A stretch of 64,000 nt of DNA from Eledone cirrhosa (taxonomy: Eukaryota), in NCBI GenBank assembly GCA_964016885.1, contig OZ024751.1, forward strand, positions 9,982,001 to 10,046,000, given 5' to 3'. The notes under the pieces were generated by a model. The model was not told the DNA's origin and searched no databases. It saw nothing but the letters and a program-made list of their open reading frames with translations. The stretch's first letter is position 1, and each line of letters begins with the position of its first letter. Made by a program: the position numbers and the translations under genes. Of this stretch, positions 1 to 14,470 are shown piece by piece.

Positions 1-10
1 CAATGAGCCA

Positions 11-2483
11 GTGGAAAGAGACAGGAGTAATTATGAGAGACATAGAAACAACCATGAGGCTGTTGGTGGAAATAGAAATAGAAACAACACAACTAACAAT
101 AACAATAGCACTAGTACACATAAAGCAGCAGCCTGGAACTCTATGTTTTATAATCCCCCCGATAAATCGTTCGACTTGCGACGAGTCCACGCCACGACTC
201 TACCATTTAACAAACGCACGCAATTGCCGTCGCAGGTCGATGAACAAACAGAAGCACAATTTAGTATAGCTAGATCCGAACTTAGAAATATTATAGAACA
301 GTATAGCAAGAAGCATAATAGAATGGAGGCCCAGCAACTGGGAGAAAAATCTGCAAATGGCTTGCGTAAGCTCATGCAGCGCTCGCGTAATGGAGAGATA
401 GTATGCTTTCCAACAGACAAGTCTGGCAGAATGTCGGTTGACAGCCTGCCAAACTACGTCCAGGCAATGCAACCCCACATCACTAACACAAGAGAGGTAA
501 CACCACAGGAGCATGAGGATAGAGAAAAAGCCCTCAATGCCCATATGGTGATGTGGACGAATATAATGCAGCCCAACAAAAGGACTGCCAACAACCTCCA
601 GGCCTGGAACAATGACGTGCCGGCGTTGTATGGGCTTCGAAAAGACCATAAAACGGGCAGTGACCCTGTCACGGGACCACCAACACGGCCAGTCTGTGGA
701 GCTAACATTGCTAGTAACTACAGACTGTCCTAATTCCTCTCCCTGATCATACGCCCCATCATTGAAATGTCCCCAGATGTATGTGACAGCACGGAGGACT
801 TCCTCAGCAGAATCGGCGTGAGTAACCGATCTAGGGACCTAACAAACTGCATAATAGGTAGTATGGATGTTGTGTCCCTGTATCCATCTATTGACGTGGA
901 TTTTGCTGTGGAAAAATGCGTAGAAATGATCAGTGAGAGCAAGGTTGAGTTCCGTGGGATTGATACCAGTGAGCTGGGACTCCTACTTAAACTTACCTAT
1001 AGTAATAATTACCTAGACACATATGACCTTAGCAACCTGTGCCCTACAAGACCAGCAAGAGGCAGACCACCTACCATTACCTCAATGGCCAAGAAAACCC
1101 ACACAGATAGATGGAACGGGTGGACCAGAGCCATACGGACACCCGAAAACCACGATGAACTGAAGAAAATGATTGCACATGCGGTAGGGGCCAGCATAAA
1201 ACTAACCCTTAAGGAACATATGTTCAAATTTAATGGAAAAACATATACCCAAGAGGAAGGAGCAGTCATTGGTGTTAGCATTGCAGGCGACATAGCTAAC
1301 TTATTCATGGTATGGTGGGACAGTAGACTTAAACTTAAACTTAAACTTAAAGAACAATTAGAAGACCCCTTAACCCTGATAATGTACTCCCGCTACGAGA
1401 ACAGTCAGGAACTAGAGAAAAACACAATGGAAAGCATCCAGCAAATAGCTAACTCCATCCAACAGAGCATTAGAGTTACTATAGACTACCCAAGTAAACA
1501 CCCCAACCATCGATTACCTGTACTAGACACAGAACTCTGGTTAGATACCATTAATAACAAAAAACAAATCCTCCATTCCCATTATGCCAAACCCATGACT
1601 TCCAAACATCTGATCCACCGAAACTCGGCCGTTTCGGACCATACCAAAATCAACATACTGTTTGGGGATTTGGTACGGGTGATGAGAAACGTGTCCCGCA
1701 TGTGCAACCCCGAAGAACTAGAGAGACACATACAACACTCCATCCACCGTATGCAGTTCTCTGGCTACAATCAGAGAGATAAAATCAGAGTGTATAGAGG
1801 AGCCAGAACTAAATGGGAAAAAATGGTAAATAATGACATAAATGGGACCTGCCCCTTGTATAGGAGCAAATTTTGGAATAGAATAGAAAGAACTAGGAAT
1901 AAGGCTAATAGAATAAACTCATGGTATGATAGCAATAAATACCAGAGTGTAATGTTCATCGATACAACCCCTAGAGGTGAATTAGCTTACAAATTTAGAA
2001 GGGCCCTAAATAAACATAAACTCAATATTAAGATAGTAGAAAGACCAGGTACCTCGTAAAAACACTTATTAGCAAGACATACCCTTTCCAAAGACCCTCA
2101 TGTATAGATAAGAAATGTATAACCTGTAAATAAGCCCCCATATTAACTGTAAAACTAGAAATGTAGTGTATAGCATAAGATGTACTGAAGGACAATGTAG
2201 AGACAAAAATATAGTGTACATAGGTGAGACAGCTCGTAGTGTAGGGGAACGGATAAATGAACACTGGCGAGACCTTCAAGATAGTAAAGAATCATCTGTA
2301 CTCTACCAACATACTAAAATAGAATACAAGGATAAATTAGAGAACATAGAAATAAAAATAGAATCTACACACAGAAAAGACGCAATGTTTAGACAAATTA
2401 CGGAGGCAATAAACATAAAAGAATTACAACCAAAATTAAATAGAAAATATGAGTGGAACAGCAACATCACAACTTACAATTAA
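11..2483 (+). pseudogene. Disrupted PLE RT-GIY-YIG ORF
   Basis: ORFs 11-733 and 767-2059 share a frame and are separated by one TAA; frameshift near 2057; another stop near 2130; GIY-YIG in 2166-2483; the YxDD motif region appears deleted. Confidence 0.85.
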
Positions 2484-2685
2484 GGACAAAATCAAAAGAC
2501 ACACACACATAGAACAAACAACCAACCAGTAACATGTAAATAAACAAATAAATAAATGAACATAAACACACACACAGACACCCGGATGTGGCGCATGCGC
2601 AGACTGAGCACACAACACACACACAGAAACAAAATGGCGTAGGACAGAACAAAGGAGAGGCACAGAAAGAGGGAAAAGAATCCCC

Positions 2686-2730
2686 AGTCACTGAAGAGGT
2701 CACAAAGTGTGTGACGAAAGAACTATGACT
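2686..2730 (+). ncRNA. Minimal type I hammerhead ribozyme motif (Neptune-like PLE pLTR)
   Basis: agtca-CTGAAGA-g-gtcac[aaagtgt]gtgac-GAAA-gaac-TA-tgact: stem I agtca/tgact, stem II gtcac/gtgac, minimal stem III. Confidence 0.8.
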
Positions 2731-3300
2731 ATATATAAACAACTATCTGGTTGTAATTCCAACCAACCAACCAGAAATTCATAAATTTATAAATTTATTA
2801 TAAATTTATTATAATAAATTGAAGTGAAAGCAACTGGTGCGTGTGTTTCTTATTGGCAACATGACCCTCCCAAAGTATAACGATATACATATATACATAT
2901 ACATATATATATATATATATACATATATATACATATATATACATATATATATATACATATATATACATATACATATATATACATACATATACATATATAT
3001 ACATACATATACATATATATTGATACATACATATATATATATACATACATATACATATATATATACAAATATATATATGTTTATATACATATATATATGT
3101 TGATATACATATATATATACATATATACATATATGTTTATATATATATATACATATATGTTTATATACACATATATATATACATACATATATACATATAT
3201 ATATATATTCATATATATATATAGATATATGTTTATATGTATATAAACATATATACATATATGTTTATATACATATATATATATATATATATACATATAT

Positions 3301-3929
3301 CTTAGTCTTAGATTCTTCCGCGCCGTTCAGCGCATCGATCAGTAAGTACTCGCCAACGGTCACGATCAGTGGCAACTTTTTCGAGACCGTGCCAGGTGAT
3401 GTTGGCTTCCATCAGGTCCTTCCGGAACATTCGTCGCCAGGTGATCCTTGGGCAACCCCGCCTCCGTTTACCGCCAGGCGGAGTCTAGTTCATCGATGTT
3501 TTCGAATGCCCTTCATTTGGCAGACGCAGAATATGGCCAGCCAGACGGCACCGACGCTCCGTGACCACTCTCTGTAGCGTCCACAACTCGGCTCTCCGTA
3601 GGATCTCCTCGTTTCGCACTCGGTCGCGCCAGGACACACGAAGGATCTTTCGCAGGCACCGCTGGTGGAAAGCGTTCAGCCGTCTCTCTATTTTTGCCGT
3701 ACTCTTCCAGGTCTCGTTCTCATAAAACACTGTCGGCAGCACGATGCTCTTATACAGGCGGAGCTTGATCTTGGTGCTAATGCATGAAGACGACCAGACT
3801 GGGCACAGCCGCTGGAAAACTGCCGATCCGACAGTTGATGTCGAGCTCCGCGTCGCCGCTGCTTGTCAGGATGCTGCCCAGATAGGTAAAGTGATCGACT
3901 TCCTCGAGGTCCTGTTGGTTGACTCTGAT
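3301..3929 (-). mobile_element. RTE-clade LINE 3' fragment (RT C-terminus)
   Basis: EEVDHFTYLGS; KIKLRLYKSIVLPTVFY..ETW...LNAFHQRCLRKILRVSWRDRVRNEEIL...RLAGHILR; [12 protein letters not shown]. Confidence 0.85.
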
Positions 3930-4019
3930 CATATATATATATATATATATATACATATATACATATACATATATATATATATATATGTTTATATGTTTAT
4001 ATATATATATATGTTTTTA

Positions 4020-4340
4020 TTTATTGTTATACTTGGGGAGGGTCATATTTGTGTAATAATATTGCCAGAATTAATAAGAGAACACACTCACTGTTTGGTT
4101 GGTTTTCGCTTTTGTGTCTTTTATATTGGTTAATTTAATTTATTCGGTCCTCAATGTTACCATTGACTGGCCAACGGTCAAAAATACAGATACAATATAG
4201 ACACAAACACATATATATAGTCTAACAAAGTTCTTTCTTTGCATATCTGCAACATCATCAGTGGTGCTATTATGTTTCCTCCCGTTGTATTGTATGCCTA
4301 CGCCATCTTTATTTAGTCTGTTTATTTATTTATTTATTTA
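4020..4340 (-). mobile_element. PLE pLTR fragment (family related to the 1-2885 element) with hammerhead-like core at ~4222-4268
   Basis: Near-identical to 15241-15545; terminus ..tgaccctccccaagtataac resembles 2862-2881; minus strand CTGATGA-t-gttgcagatatgcaaa-GAAA-gaac. Confidence 0.7.
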
Positions 4341-4468
4341 TTTGTATATATGTATATATATGTATATAAACATATATCTATACATATATGTTTATATACA
4401 TATATGTTTATATTTATATATATATATGTATATATATATACATATATACATATAAGTTTATATACATA

Positions 4469-4504
<36 letters not shown>

Positions 4505-4715
4505 CATATATATACATATATGTTTATATTTATATATATATACATATATACATATATGTTTATATACATATATATACATATATGTTTATATACATATATA
4601 TATACATATATATATATAGATATACATATATATATATATATATATATATGTTTATACATATATATATATACATGTATAGATATATATAAAAAAGACACAG
4701 AAGGCAACATGTATA

Positions 4716-5012
4716 TTGAAGGCAACATGTATACATTTCAATCATGACAAATCAGGATGCAATGAAGATTATATAGGACAAACTAAACTCACACACAGAA
4801 ACAGAATGACAATTCATCGCCAACAATTACGAGACCCTACCACAAGACAGATACCACTCAGTGCACATCTAGACATATGCGCAAGTAATAAGACACCCAA
4901 ATTCCAAGTCTTCCCATTTTATCTTTGCGCTGACAATACAACAGAACAAATACGAATAAATAAGGAAAATATGTTTATTCAAAAATATAGACCAGTATTA
5001 AATATAGTTTAA
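4716..5012 (+). pseudogene. PLE GIY-YIG endonuclease C-terminal fragment
   Basis: CNEDYIGQT...R...HRQQ...HL..C...E..FI.KY.P.LN pattern; 5'-truncated. Confidence 0.75.
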
Positions 5013-5057
5013 TATACATTATGTTAACACCATAACATGCTCACCATCCAAACAGAC

Positions 5058-5092
<35 letters not shown>

Positions 5093-5475
5093 TAACAGCT
5101 TCTATTTTCGAAAATAAAAACCAGAGCTAAATAAACCTTAACATACGTTAATACTCTAACACCGTAACATGCTAACCATGCCTCCCACACACACACAACT
5201 CCCTCCCCCATTTCTACTAACGAAATCATTTTCCTACACACACACAAATATATATCCATCTTAACATGCTAACCATACTCCTACACACACAAACACACAC
5301 ACATATAACACCCATACACACACAACTCCCTCCCCCATTTCTACTAATAAAATCATCTTCCTACACACACACACACACACACTCACACACACACACACAC
5401 ACACACCAGCACACAAATGAAGATACATATCTCTACTTTCTTTATTTCAATAGAAAGTCTGAATTTTGACACCCC

Positions 5476-5771
5476 AGCACATCAGCCATATTCACTGAAC
5501 CAGAACAATTCTCCCCATCCCGTTTTTCTTGACCATTATCTTTTGTTTGGCACGAAATTCTCTAAATGGCTACAAAAGAAATTCCCAAATACGGGCGCGA
5601 AATTTAATGTACTTGTTCACGTGACAGTCATAATTTCATTTATAACCAATCAAATTACATTTCAGTACATCAGCCATACTCACTGAACCAGAACAATTCT
5701 CCCCATCCCTTTTTTCTTGACCATTATCTTTTGTTTGGCACAAAATTCTCTAAATGGCTACAAAAAAAATT
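5476..5771. repeat. Local ~108-bp direct duplication
   Basis: cagcacatcagccatattcactgaaccagaacaattctcccc...ggctacaaaa occurs at 5476 and 5663. Confidence 0.8.
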
Positions 5772-5899
5772 AGGAGATTGTAGTGAAAGAATTTTATAAA
5801 GAATTTTAGATAGCGTTGGCTGATCACTACTAACTATAGCAGTCGTGTTAGACCCCCTGTAAAGATGGCTTTATAAAATTCTTTCACTACAATCTCGTA

Positions 5900-6414
5900 T
5901 TTAGTATTTTTCTCCACCTATTAAACTTTTCTATAGCTTAGCAATACCAATTAGAGAGTTGGTGATTGTGGAGATGGAGTAGTAACCAGAAATTGTTTTT
6001 TATACATTTATTTCCTCATTTTTATAATGGCTTTTTTGTTTACTCCCTTTCATTTTACCTATTCTTTCAACTCCCCCCTCCTCCATTTCTCCAGTGCACT
6101 TTTTTAGACCTTCTATACACTATCCTTACAATCTGCTGTATAGATTTCACTTTCAACGCTTGACTGGGTTTCCCCCACTCTCTCTTTGTTCTACCGATAA
6201 GTTCAGCTACCCCTACCTCCCACCAAATGCCATGATAGAATCATCTGTCTTTGCAACAAACTTTTGACCAATCCTTTTGACAATTACTATCTTTCCATAT
6301 ATGGAATTACCTCCTGAGAAGTTCAGCTATTTTTTTACCAGGCTAAAAATTCATATTTAGTCCAGAATTAGCCGTCGAAACGGCTTGAGCTCTGCCGTCG
6401 GGGTCATACTTGTT

Positions 6415-6418
<4 letters not shown>
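5900..6418 (+). mobile_element. Diverged 3' UTR/pLTR fragment of Naiad-like family A
   Basis: Colinear with ~18600-19040 and the reverse complement of ~51870-52300; ends at gttcc then (TA)n. Confidence 0.75.
6309..6404 (+). ncRNA. Hammerhead-like motif with variant core CUGAGAA (family A)
   Basis: acctc-CTGAGAA-g..cagcta...tagccgtc-GAAA-cggcttgagctctgccg-TC-ggggt. Confidence 0.6.
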
Positions 6419-6454
<36 letters not shown>

Positions 6455-6496
6455 TTTTGTTTTTAAAATCCACTGTCAATAAATATACCAGGATTT

Positions 6497-6556
6497 TTTC
6501 ATTCTGATGACTGAAAGCAAATTTGTTTGCTTTCAAGAAACCGCTGGTAAATGAAA
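6497..6556 (+). ncRNA. Type I hammerhead ribozyme motif
   Basis: tttcatt-CTGATGA-ctgaaagcaaa[tttg]tttgctttcaa-GAAA-cc[gct]gg-TA-aatgaaa; same family as 61529-61589 and 61688-61748. Confidence 0.85.
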
Positions 6557-6678
6557 TAATTATTTTATGCTGTTTATTACATAACTATATATATATAAAT
6601 TATCTTACTGATAATAAGGTAGTAGTAAATTACTGACCTTTCTTGTTTATAGTTGTATATAGTGTATACATAACTATA

Positions 6679-6742
<64 letters not shown>

Positions 6743-6832
6743 ATGAATTTATATATATATATATATATATATATAAACATATGAATTTATGTATATATAT
6801 ATAATGTATGTATGTATATATAATGTATGTAA

Positions 6833-6869
<37 letters not shown>

Positions 6870-6870
<1 letters not shown>

Positions 6871-7577
6871 CATCATCATCATCATCATCATTTTACGTCC
6901 GCTTTTCCTTGCTTGCAAGGGTGGGACGGGTCTTATTCAGCACAGCATCTCTCCACTCGTCACGGTCCCTCGTCATCTCCACCGTGAGCTTCAATGATCT
7001 GAGGTCTGTTCTCACCACCTCCGCCCATGTTTTTCGTGGTCTACCTCTACCACGTCTTCCTTCAACTGGCATTTCCTGGCACTTCTTCACCCATCGGTCA
7101 TCCTCCATGCGCATCACATGTCCATACCACCTCAGTCTCCTCTCCCGTACACTACATTCTATCCCTCTCAGACACAGTTTCTCTCTCAACACATTTATGC
7201 TGGGTCGTTCACGCACATTTACACTGCACATCCAACGGAGCATGCTTGCCTCATTTCTCTCCAGCCGTCGCATATCCTCTGCGGTTGCTGCCCATGTCTC
7301 ACTACCATGCAGCATCGCGCTCCTCACACAGGCATCATACAACCGGCCTTTCGTACGCAGGGAGAAACCCTTCTTCGTCAACAGAGGAAGCAGCTCCCTA
7401 AACTTCTTCCAACCCGTCCTTATTCTAGATACTATGGCCTCGGAACACCCTCCTCCCATGCTAATCTGATCTCCTAGGTACCGGAAGCTATCCACCACTT
7501 CTATAGCGCCCTCTCGCATTTGAAAAATGTGTCTATCAGTGCGACTTCTACTGTCTAATTTCCCTGTACATCTACTG
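6870..7577 (-). mobile_element. RTE-clade LINE 3' fragment with (GAT)n tail
   Basis: ORF 6893-7519 (VVDSFRYLG...KGRLYDACVRSAMLHGSETW...RRLRWYGHV...GRGRPRKTW) followed by a (GAT)n tail. Confidence 0.9.
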
Positions 7578-7596
7578 ATGTATATATATACATATA

Positions 7597-7637
<41 letters not shown>

Positions 7638-7755
7638 GTTTATATATATATATACATATATATATATTTATATGGTTATATATATATATACATATATTTA
7701 TATGTTTATATATATAAATATATATTTATTTATATGTTTATATATATATATATAC

Positions 7756-7860
<105 letters not shown>

Positions 7861-7939
7861 AGGTGAGTGATATTGTAGAACACTTAAACTATGCATATAT
7901 CAGTTAAGTACCACTCAATAGTTGGTAGAACTGGAGTAT

Positions 7940-8355
<416 letters not shown>

Positions 8356-8400
8356 TATATTTATTTATTTATTCATATATATATATATATATATATATAT

Positions 8401-11400
8401 ACGATATTAACAAATGGAAACTATATTTATAAAACCATATTTATTTCATTATACATATATCAAGGACACCAAGTTAAATTATGGTGTGCTTTTATCAGAT
8501 AAAATATAATATAGATCAGTTTTATAAATAAATATTGACATACCCTTAAAGAATGCAACCATTGCTGTTGGAAGCTCCCGGATAGTGGAGTTGTAGCTTT
8601 AATTATATTATTAGTATTGGATATTTTTATTTTTAAAATAAGCCGTTGGGTTACGGAGAAAGAGAAAGATAGAGAAGGAGAGAGAAAGAAAGAGAGAGAG
8701 AGAAAAAGAGAGAAAAAAGAGAGAGAAAAAACAGAACAACAGAGAGAGAAAGATAGAGAGAGAGAGGGGAGACAGGGAAAAGGGGAGAGAACGAAAAACT
8801 CTAAGTCATATCTTGTTGAGTTAACTTAACAATTGAGATGAAATGAATAAATAAAATTAGAAATGTTAATAATCATGAATGGAATATACATATATAATAT
8901 GAGAAATTTAACCATTGTTTAAATATGATTAGATGTTTAGTTAATCATTTAAATATTGAGATCAATATATTAAAAATTGGGATCTATATATTAAGAAATT
9001 CATATATTATTAAAGATTTATATATTACATAACACGTATAGACACGCAAAAATACATACATATAAATATATATACACACATATAAATATATATACACACT
9101 TATAAAATACATATACATATCTAATTACGTATATAATATATACACACAAAACATAAAGGATTCTTTAATTTAATTTAAGATATAGGAATCTTATAAAATG
9201 TTATAATCGTTAAGATATTAAAGGAATTTTTATGTTATACACACTTTATGTTATTAAACAAACATTTTTTTATATAAGTTTTATAAGATTACCTGTTATG
9301 TATTTATGGCTGTTATTATATGTCTATCTGTCAAGAATCTTGGGATAATCACTATACATAAGTGCAATCAAATTGTATGGATATACACGCACATGTACAT
9401 ACACAATTCCCGCATATATATACATATATGTACCCTCAACAAATAGGTAGATATGCATCACGTATACATATACATACAGATAGACATACACGCATAAAAC
9501 ATATGTACATGTATGTCAATACACACATATACATATATACACACATATAGAGAGAAGTATATATAAATACAGTACATAGTATAATTGAGTACATAAATAC
9601 AAAAGAATTATATTACAATTTGGAAATATAATTATAAGCAATATAACTTTAAAAACAATATAATTTTAAAATATTATAGAATATTTTAAGTTATAATTTA
9701 ATAATAATTGTATGTTTAACAGATTTAGTATAGAAATTTTTTACGTATATTTAACTTAAACTTTGAAAGGATAAACTTTCGAAAATAGGAGAAGCTATCA
9801 AACAATAAAAAATAAAAAAATATGAGAAATATTTTCTCCTTTCAAGAGCTCTCAATATATTTCTCTAGAATAGTTTATTATATTTATTTATATTTAGGAA
9901 GAAAAGTTATTTTTACTTGAGTCAAAAAAGATTTTTACTTGAGTCAAAAAAGATGAAGGAATCTAATGATTTATCGACAGGTTCAATATATTAATAAAAT
10001 TAATTAATTAATTAATTAATATACTACATTTTAAATTTATATTTATATTTAAACGTTGAGTTTAATCTACGTCTGCAGCAGCTGAATAAATTATTTCTTA
10101 AGTTCAAGGAATGTTTGGTCTTTAATATAAAGAATATTTCCTCTATACAAAGATCACAATTTTCTGAAGAGGAGTTAAAAGGAGTAGCTTTTGAAATAAT
10201 ATTCCAAATCAACGAATATTCAACGTTCTTTAGTGTTAGGTCCCATAATAGGCTAGATAGAGAAGTTGAAGATTTTTTGTTTGGATTTGTAAAAGAATTT
10301 TTATGATTATTGAAGCGGGATTTAAACTCTGTGGAAATGGATCCCACATAATTAAATGAATTTAAATTAGTTTTTACATTACAATTATATACTATATTTT
10401 TAGCTAAGCAATTGTTATTTAACGGACAGTTAGATTTATTTCTACAGTTACATTTATCAAATTGGATATTGCTTGGGTTATTAGTGGTATTTGGGTTAGG
10501 TTTTAAATTTCTATTATTAATTCTATTAATATTTTGTGCTAAATTTTTGGTGGAAGAATAAGTTAATTTTATAGTATGTCTATTAAAAATTGAGTAATAT
10601 CTGTGTTCTAGGGAAGCATTTTTCAAGAGCTTTAAAAAATAGTTTAGCAATAGGGGTTTTAATATTTAATGAGAAAGGAGGAGAGAACCATAATATGTTC
10701 CTAGTTCTATTTCTTTTTCGGCTTTCGGAATTAATGTAAGGTTTTCTATTATAGTTGTTAAAATTGTTACCATAGTTAAAATTGTTACGATTATGGTTAG
10801 TTGTTATATTATTATTATTATCGATGTATTTAATTTTATTTCTATTCCCAGCTCTACCTAACGCTTCGTTGTAATAATGTGCTTTTTCATCAAATATATT
10901 CTTATTAGCTGAAATTCTCGAAATTCGTTCTTGTACAGAATTCACTATAGTATTTTTAACGGATCTGGGGTGATTAGAGTTAAAATTGACGTAATTTAAG
11001 TTCTCATTTAGTTTGTGAAATGGATAATGAAGACATGTGTTAAGATTTAGTGTTACATCTAGAAAGTTAACTATTTTATGGTTATTCTCTATTTCTACTT
11101 TTAGATTAAGGTAATTAAAAAATTGTATAATTTGTTTTCTTTTTCTATTTAGTTCACAGTTATTATTTTCTATAAGTAAAAGCATGTCGTCACGATATAA
11201 ACCTCTGGTTATCTCAGGTATTTTTCTATGTAGAGAATTATTTATAAATAGGCCCACAAGATCCGTTACCTGAGCGGAATCGGATGATCCTATAGTTATA
11301 TTGAAATTATTATTTCTATCTGCCCTGGTCCAGAGTTGGTTATTAAATTCTATTAATGTTTTCCGTGCCGATAATATAATGTGCATTTCATTGCTAGTTT

Positions 11401-12253
11401 TAGGTCTGTATGTTTAAATGCGTAAGTTAGTGCTTTATTCAGTAGATTAGGAGTGATAGATGAGTAATAGTTAGCAATATCCAACTGAATAAACTTATTA
11501 TTATAGTTATATTTAATTTCTTTAAACCAATCGATAACTTCACTAGTTCCTTTCCATAATTTTAAATAAGATAAATTCTTAATTTGTGGTATTATTCTGT
11601 CTAGAATATTTTTGCTAAGTCTGCCAAGGTCCGATTTAAATGGTGCGATTAATCTGACTGGTAAATCAGTTTCGAAGTTCCTTTTATGATCCTTCATATT
11701 AATCTTAGGTTTCCTTGGCATGAAGAGTTGTTTCCTATTTTCAATGCCTAGTTCCTGCATTATATAAGAGTCATCTGTATTCAATTTTTCAAGGTCGTCT
11801 TTATTTGCTGCTTTGTATTTCTTCCTTAATTCCTTTAATATAAGATCGTTATAAATGTCCTTTTGTATTCCGTAAAGATTATTGATTTTGTCAGACTTGA
11901 CTAGAATTTTATCCGTTTTCTCCAAGTTTTCAATATTATTTTTAATATTTCTTAAGTAATCCTGGCCTTTGAAGTTATTTTTGAATTTGATGCTTTGGAT
12001 GATAGATATGATATCATTTTCAAAATCCATTAGTAGTTTGTTGGGGGGTGGATTTTTTTTAGATTTGAAGATTTTATCCAGATTGGAGACATTTTCATTT
12101 AGATTAGATTTATCGAAGTGGAAAGCACGCCACCTGATTCTTCTTATAAAAGAGTCTTATTTTTCGTATGTTTACTCCAAATGTTTGTTGAGTGCTTTAT
12201 ATCAGTTATAAAAATATTTGCTTGTTGTATCCCAACAATTTAAATAGAACTTT

Positions 12254-12255
<2 letters not shown>
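8401..12255 (-). mobile_element. Naiad-like PLE family B, 5'-truncated, long AT-rich 3' UTR, inverted pLTR piece at the 5' junction
   Basis: ORF remnants 10024-12160; 3' pLTR ~8401-8590 matches 15711-15890 and has a degenerate hammerhead (CTGATAA..GATA); 12185-12255 (+) matches the pLTR tail at 16053-16120. Confidence 0.75.
10024..12160 (-). pseudogene. Naiad-like PLE RT + GIY-YIG ORF with two frameshifts
   Basis: FIRRIRWRAF; VKSDK; KDHK..F....PVRLI.P.KSDLG; FIQLDIANYYSSI; GLYRDD; VNFLDVTL; SNHP; CNCRNKSNC (CxCx5C); IVY...YVG...FKSRFNNH; CDLC; CCR. Confidence 0.85.
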
Positions 12256-12285
<30 letters not shown>

Positions 12286-12321
12286 TTTATTTCATTATTC
12301 ATATATATATATATATTTATA

Positions 12322-12592
12322 TATAAGTATGTATACGTACATACATATGAATACAGACGTACAGTAGTATGTATATATATATACATACATGCACACATAT
12401 ATATATGTACGTATGGATTCACCGAACATTTATTATAATGCTCGGTGTGTTTGTAAACAAACATCCCGTATTAAGCCGTAGTGTCTAGCAACCATCGTTG
12501 CTCGTTTGTTCAACACTAACATGTATGTATATATATATACATACTACTGTACGTCTGTATACATATATGTATGTACGTATACATACTTATAT
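12322..12592. repeat. Unclassified repeat with inverted terminal duplication
   Basis: 12322-12390 is the reverse complement of 12521-12592; related sequence at ~40420-40465 and ~60975-61110. Confidence 0.6.
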
Positions 12593-12825
12593 TTAAATAA
12601 CAGCCGTACTAAGAGTGAAAAAACAGCCGTACTAAAAATGAAATTTAGTTTCATTTTTTCCGTTTATATGTTTATAGTTATCGTTATAGGTAATCCAGTT
12701 AGAGGCTGTGAGTACACTGCGTCGTGGATAGGTTTAACGTACGGCTTTGTTTGACTCAACAAGATATTTCCATAGTTAGGCAGAAAGTTCGCGGTAATTC
12801 CTATGTAGGTTATATTTAGAGTAAT

Positions 12826-13008
12826 AATTGTTTCTACTTTAGGCACAAGGCCAGCAATTACCCAGTGCATTACTGGTACTTTATTTTATCGACCCCGTAA
12901 GGATGAAAGGCAAAGTCAACCTCGGCGGGATTTGAACTCAGGTCGTAAAGGGACGTAACTATGCTGGAAAGCATGGCGTCCGACCCTCTACTGATACTGC
13001 CAATCCAG
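12826..13008 (-). mobile_element. tRNA-derived SINE with Deu/Nin-like core (octopus OR2-like)
   Basis: A box (tggcagtatcagt), B box (gagttcaaatccc), core gcctttcatccttacggggtcgataaaataaagtaccag, tail tagaaacaattatt; other copies at 45615 and 56945. Confidence 0.8.
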
Positions 13009-13143
13009 TAATAATAGTTAAAGAATGAAGATTAACATGGTTGACTGTACAATAAGGGGTTTATATCAAGTACTGACAATTGTTTCATTTATATATACAT
13101 ATATATTCATTTATTTATATATATGTTTATTTATATATATGTT

Positions 13144-13182
<39 letters not shown>

Positions 13183-13228
13183 TTATTTATTAATTTTTAT
13201 GTTTATATATAGATATTTATATATATAT

Positions 13229-13830
13229 ATTGTTATACTTTGGGATGGTCATGTTGCCAATAAGAAACACACGCACCAGTTGCTTTCCCTTCAATTTATT
13301 ATATATTTATAAATTTATAAATTTATAAATTCCTGGTTGGTTGGTTGGTTCCACGACCAGATAGTTGTTTATATATTTTCATAGTTCTTTCGTCACACAC
13401 TATGTGACCTCTTCAGTGACTGGGGATTCTTTTCTTTGTTTTTGTGCCTCTCCTTTGTTCTGTCCTACGCCATTTTGTTTCTGTGTGTGTGCTGTGTGCT
13501 CAGTCTGCGCATGCGCCACATCCGGGTGTCTGTGTGTGTTTATGTTCATTTATGTATTTGTTTATTTACATGTTACTGGTTGGTTGTTTGTTCTATGTGT
13601 GTGTGTGTTTTCATTTTGTCCTTAATTGTAAGTTGTGATGTTGCTGTTCCACTCATATTTTCTATTTAATTTTGGTTGTAATTCTTTTATGTTTATTGCC
13701 TCTGTAATTTGTCTGGTGCGTGTGTTTATTATTGGCAACATGACCCTCCCAAAGTATAACAATATCGGTTTCAACACACGATTTCAGATAAAGAATGTTG
13801 CTAAACAAATTCAGAAACGAAATATATATA
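13229..13830 (-). mobile_element. 5'-truncated copy of the Neptune-like PLE (end of ORF + pLTR) with inverted pLTR tail at its 5' junction
   Basis: 13229-13712 matches the reverse complement of ~2395-2884; 13713-13830 is the pLTR end in + orientation; (TA)n on both sides. Confidence 0.85.
13378..13421 (-). ncRNA. Minimal hammerhead motif (copy of 2686-2730)
   Basis: agtca-CTGAAGA-ggtcacatagtgtgtgac-GAAA-gaac-TA-tga. Confidence 0.7.
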
Positions 13831-13835
13831 TTTAA

Positions 13836-13881
<46 letters not shown>

Positions 13882-14160
13882 CATCTATATATGCGTGAGT
13901 ATTAACATACATGCATACGCACATTATACATACATAAGTACATAAACGCCTGCATACACATGCAAATATGAACACAAGTATGCATTTGTGCCTGTATGTA
14001 TGTATTTGTGTGTGTGCCTGTATGTATGCATGTATATAATATGAACACATGCACATTATATACATGCATACATACACGCACATATACACAAATACATACA
14101 TACAGGCACAAATGGATACATACATACATACATACATACATACATACATACATACATACA

Positions 14161-14200
14161 AGATGGCTGCTCCCTCGTTATCGAGTATGGCCATTGCACG
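14161..14200 (-). mobile_element. Short RTE-like 3' terminal remnant
   Basis: cgtgcaatggccatactcgataacgagggagcagccatc matches the tail at 59030-59070. Confidence 0.55.
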
Positions 14201-14269
14201 ATATACCATTATTAATAATTATTTATTAATTCTATCGTGCAATGCCTGTGCATGAAGATATTTTTTTAA

Positions 14270-14470
14270 CGAGGAAAGACTGTGCACTGAGCCAATCCCA
14301 CTCTCTGAGCGACAGTAGCTATAACCCGAAAAGAAGAAGAGATCAACATCATCGGTAACTACTGAGCCGCAGGTTTTATATCGGAGTTATCCCAGTTTCC
14401 TGAGTTGCCTTCTCCTAGAAGAATGCCCTGACAAAGGCTAGGGGTCCTTCACTCCCAGTGGTTTAACCGC
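14270..14470 (-). mobile_element. Possible RTE 5' UTR-derived fragment
   Basis: tctaggagaaggcaactc...tataaaacctg resembles RTE 5' UTR motifs as I recall them; not verified. Confidence 0.3.

Larger units (their letters stand above)
1..2885 (+). mobile_element. Penelope-like retroelement, Neptune-like (RT + C-terminal GIY-YIG endonuclease), 5' end outside window, ending in a pLTR that abuts (TA)n
   Basis: PLE RT motifs (PTDKSG, LYGLRKDHK, PTRPV, SMDVVSLYPSI, QEEGAVIG, LPVLD); Cys-rich linker CIDKKCITC...C before VYSIRC...YIGETARS...R..EH; hammerhead in the 3' end; the 3' end recurs at 13229-13712. Confidence 0.9.

Noticed and set aside
2798-3296. The many YI/IY, CV/VC and HT-rich ORFs in the ORF track, here and throughout
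   Set aside because: They are translations of (TA)n, (CA)n and (TACA)n microsatellites.
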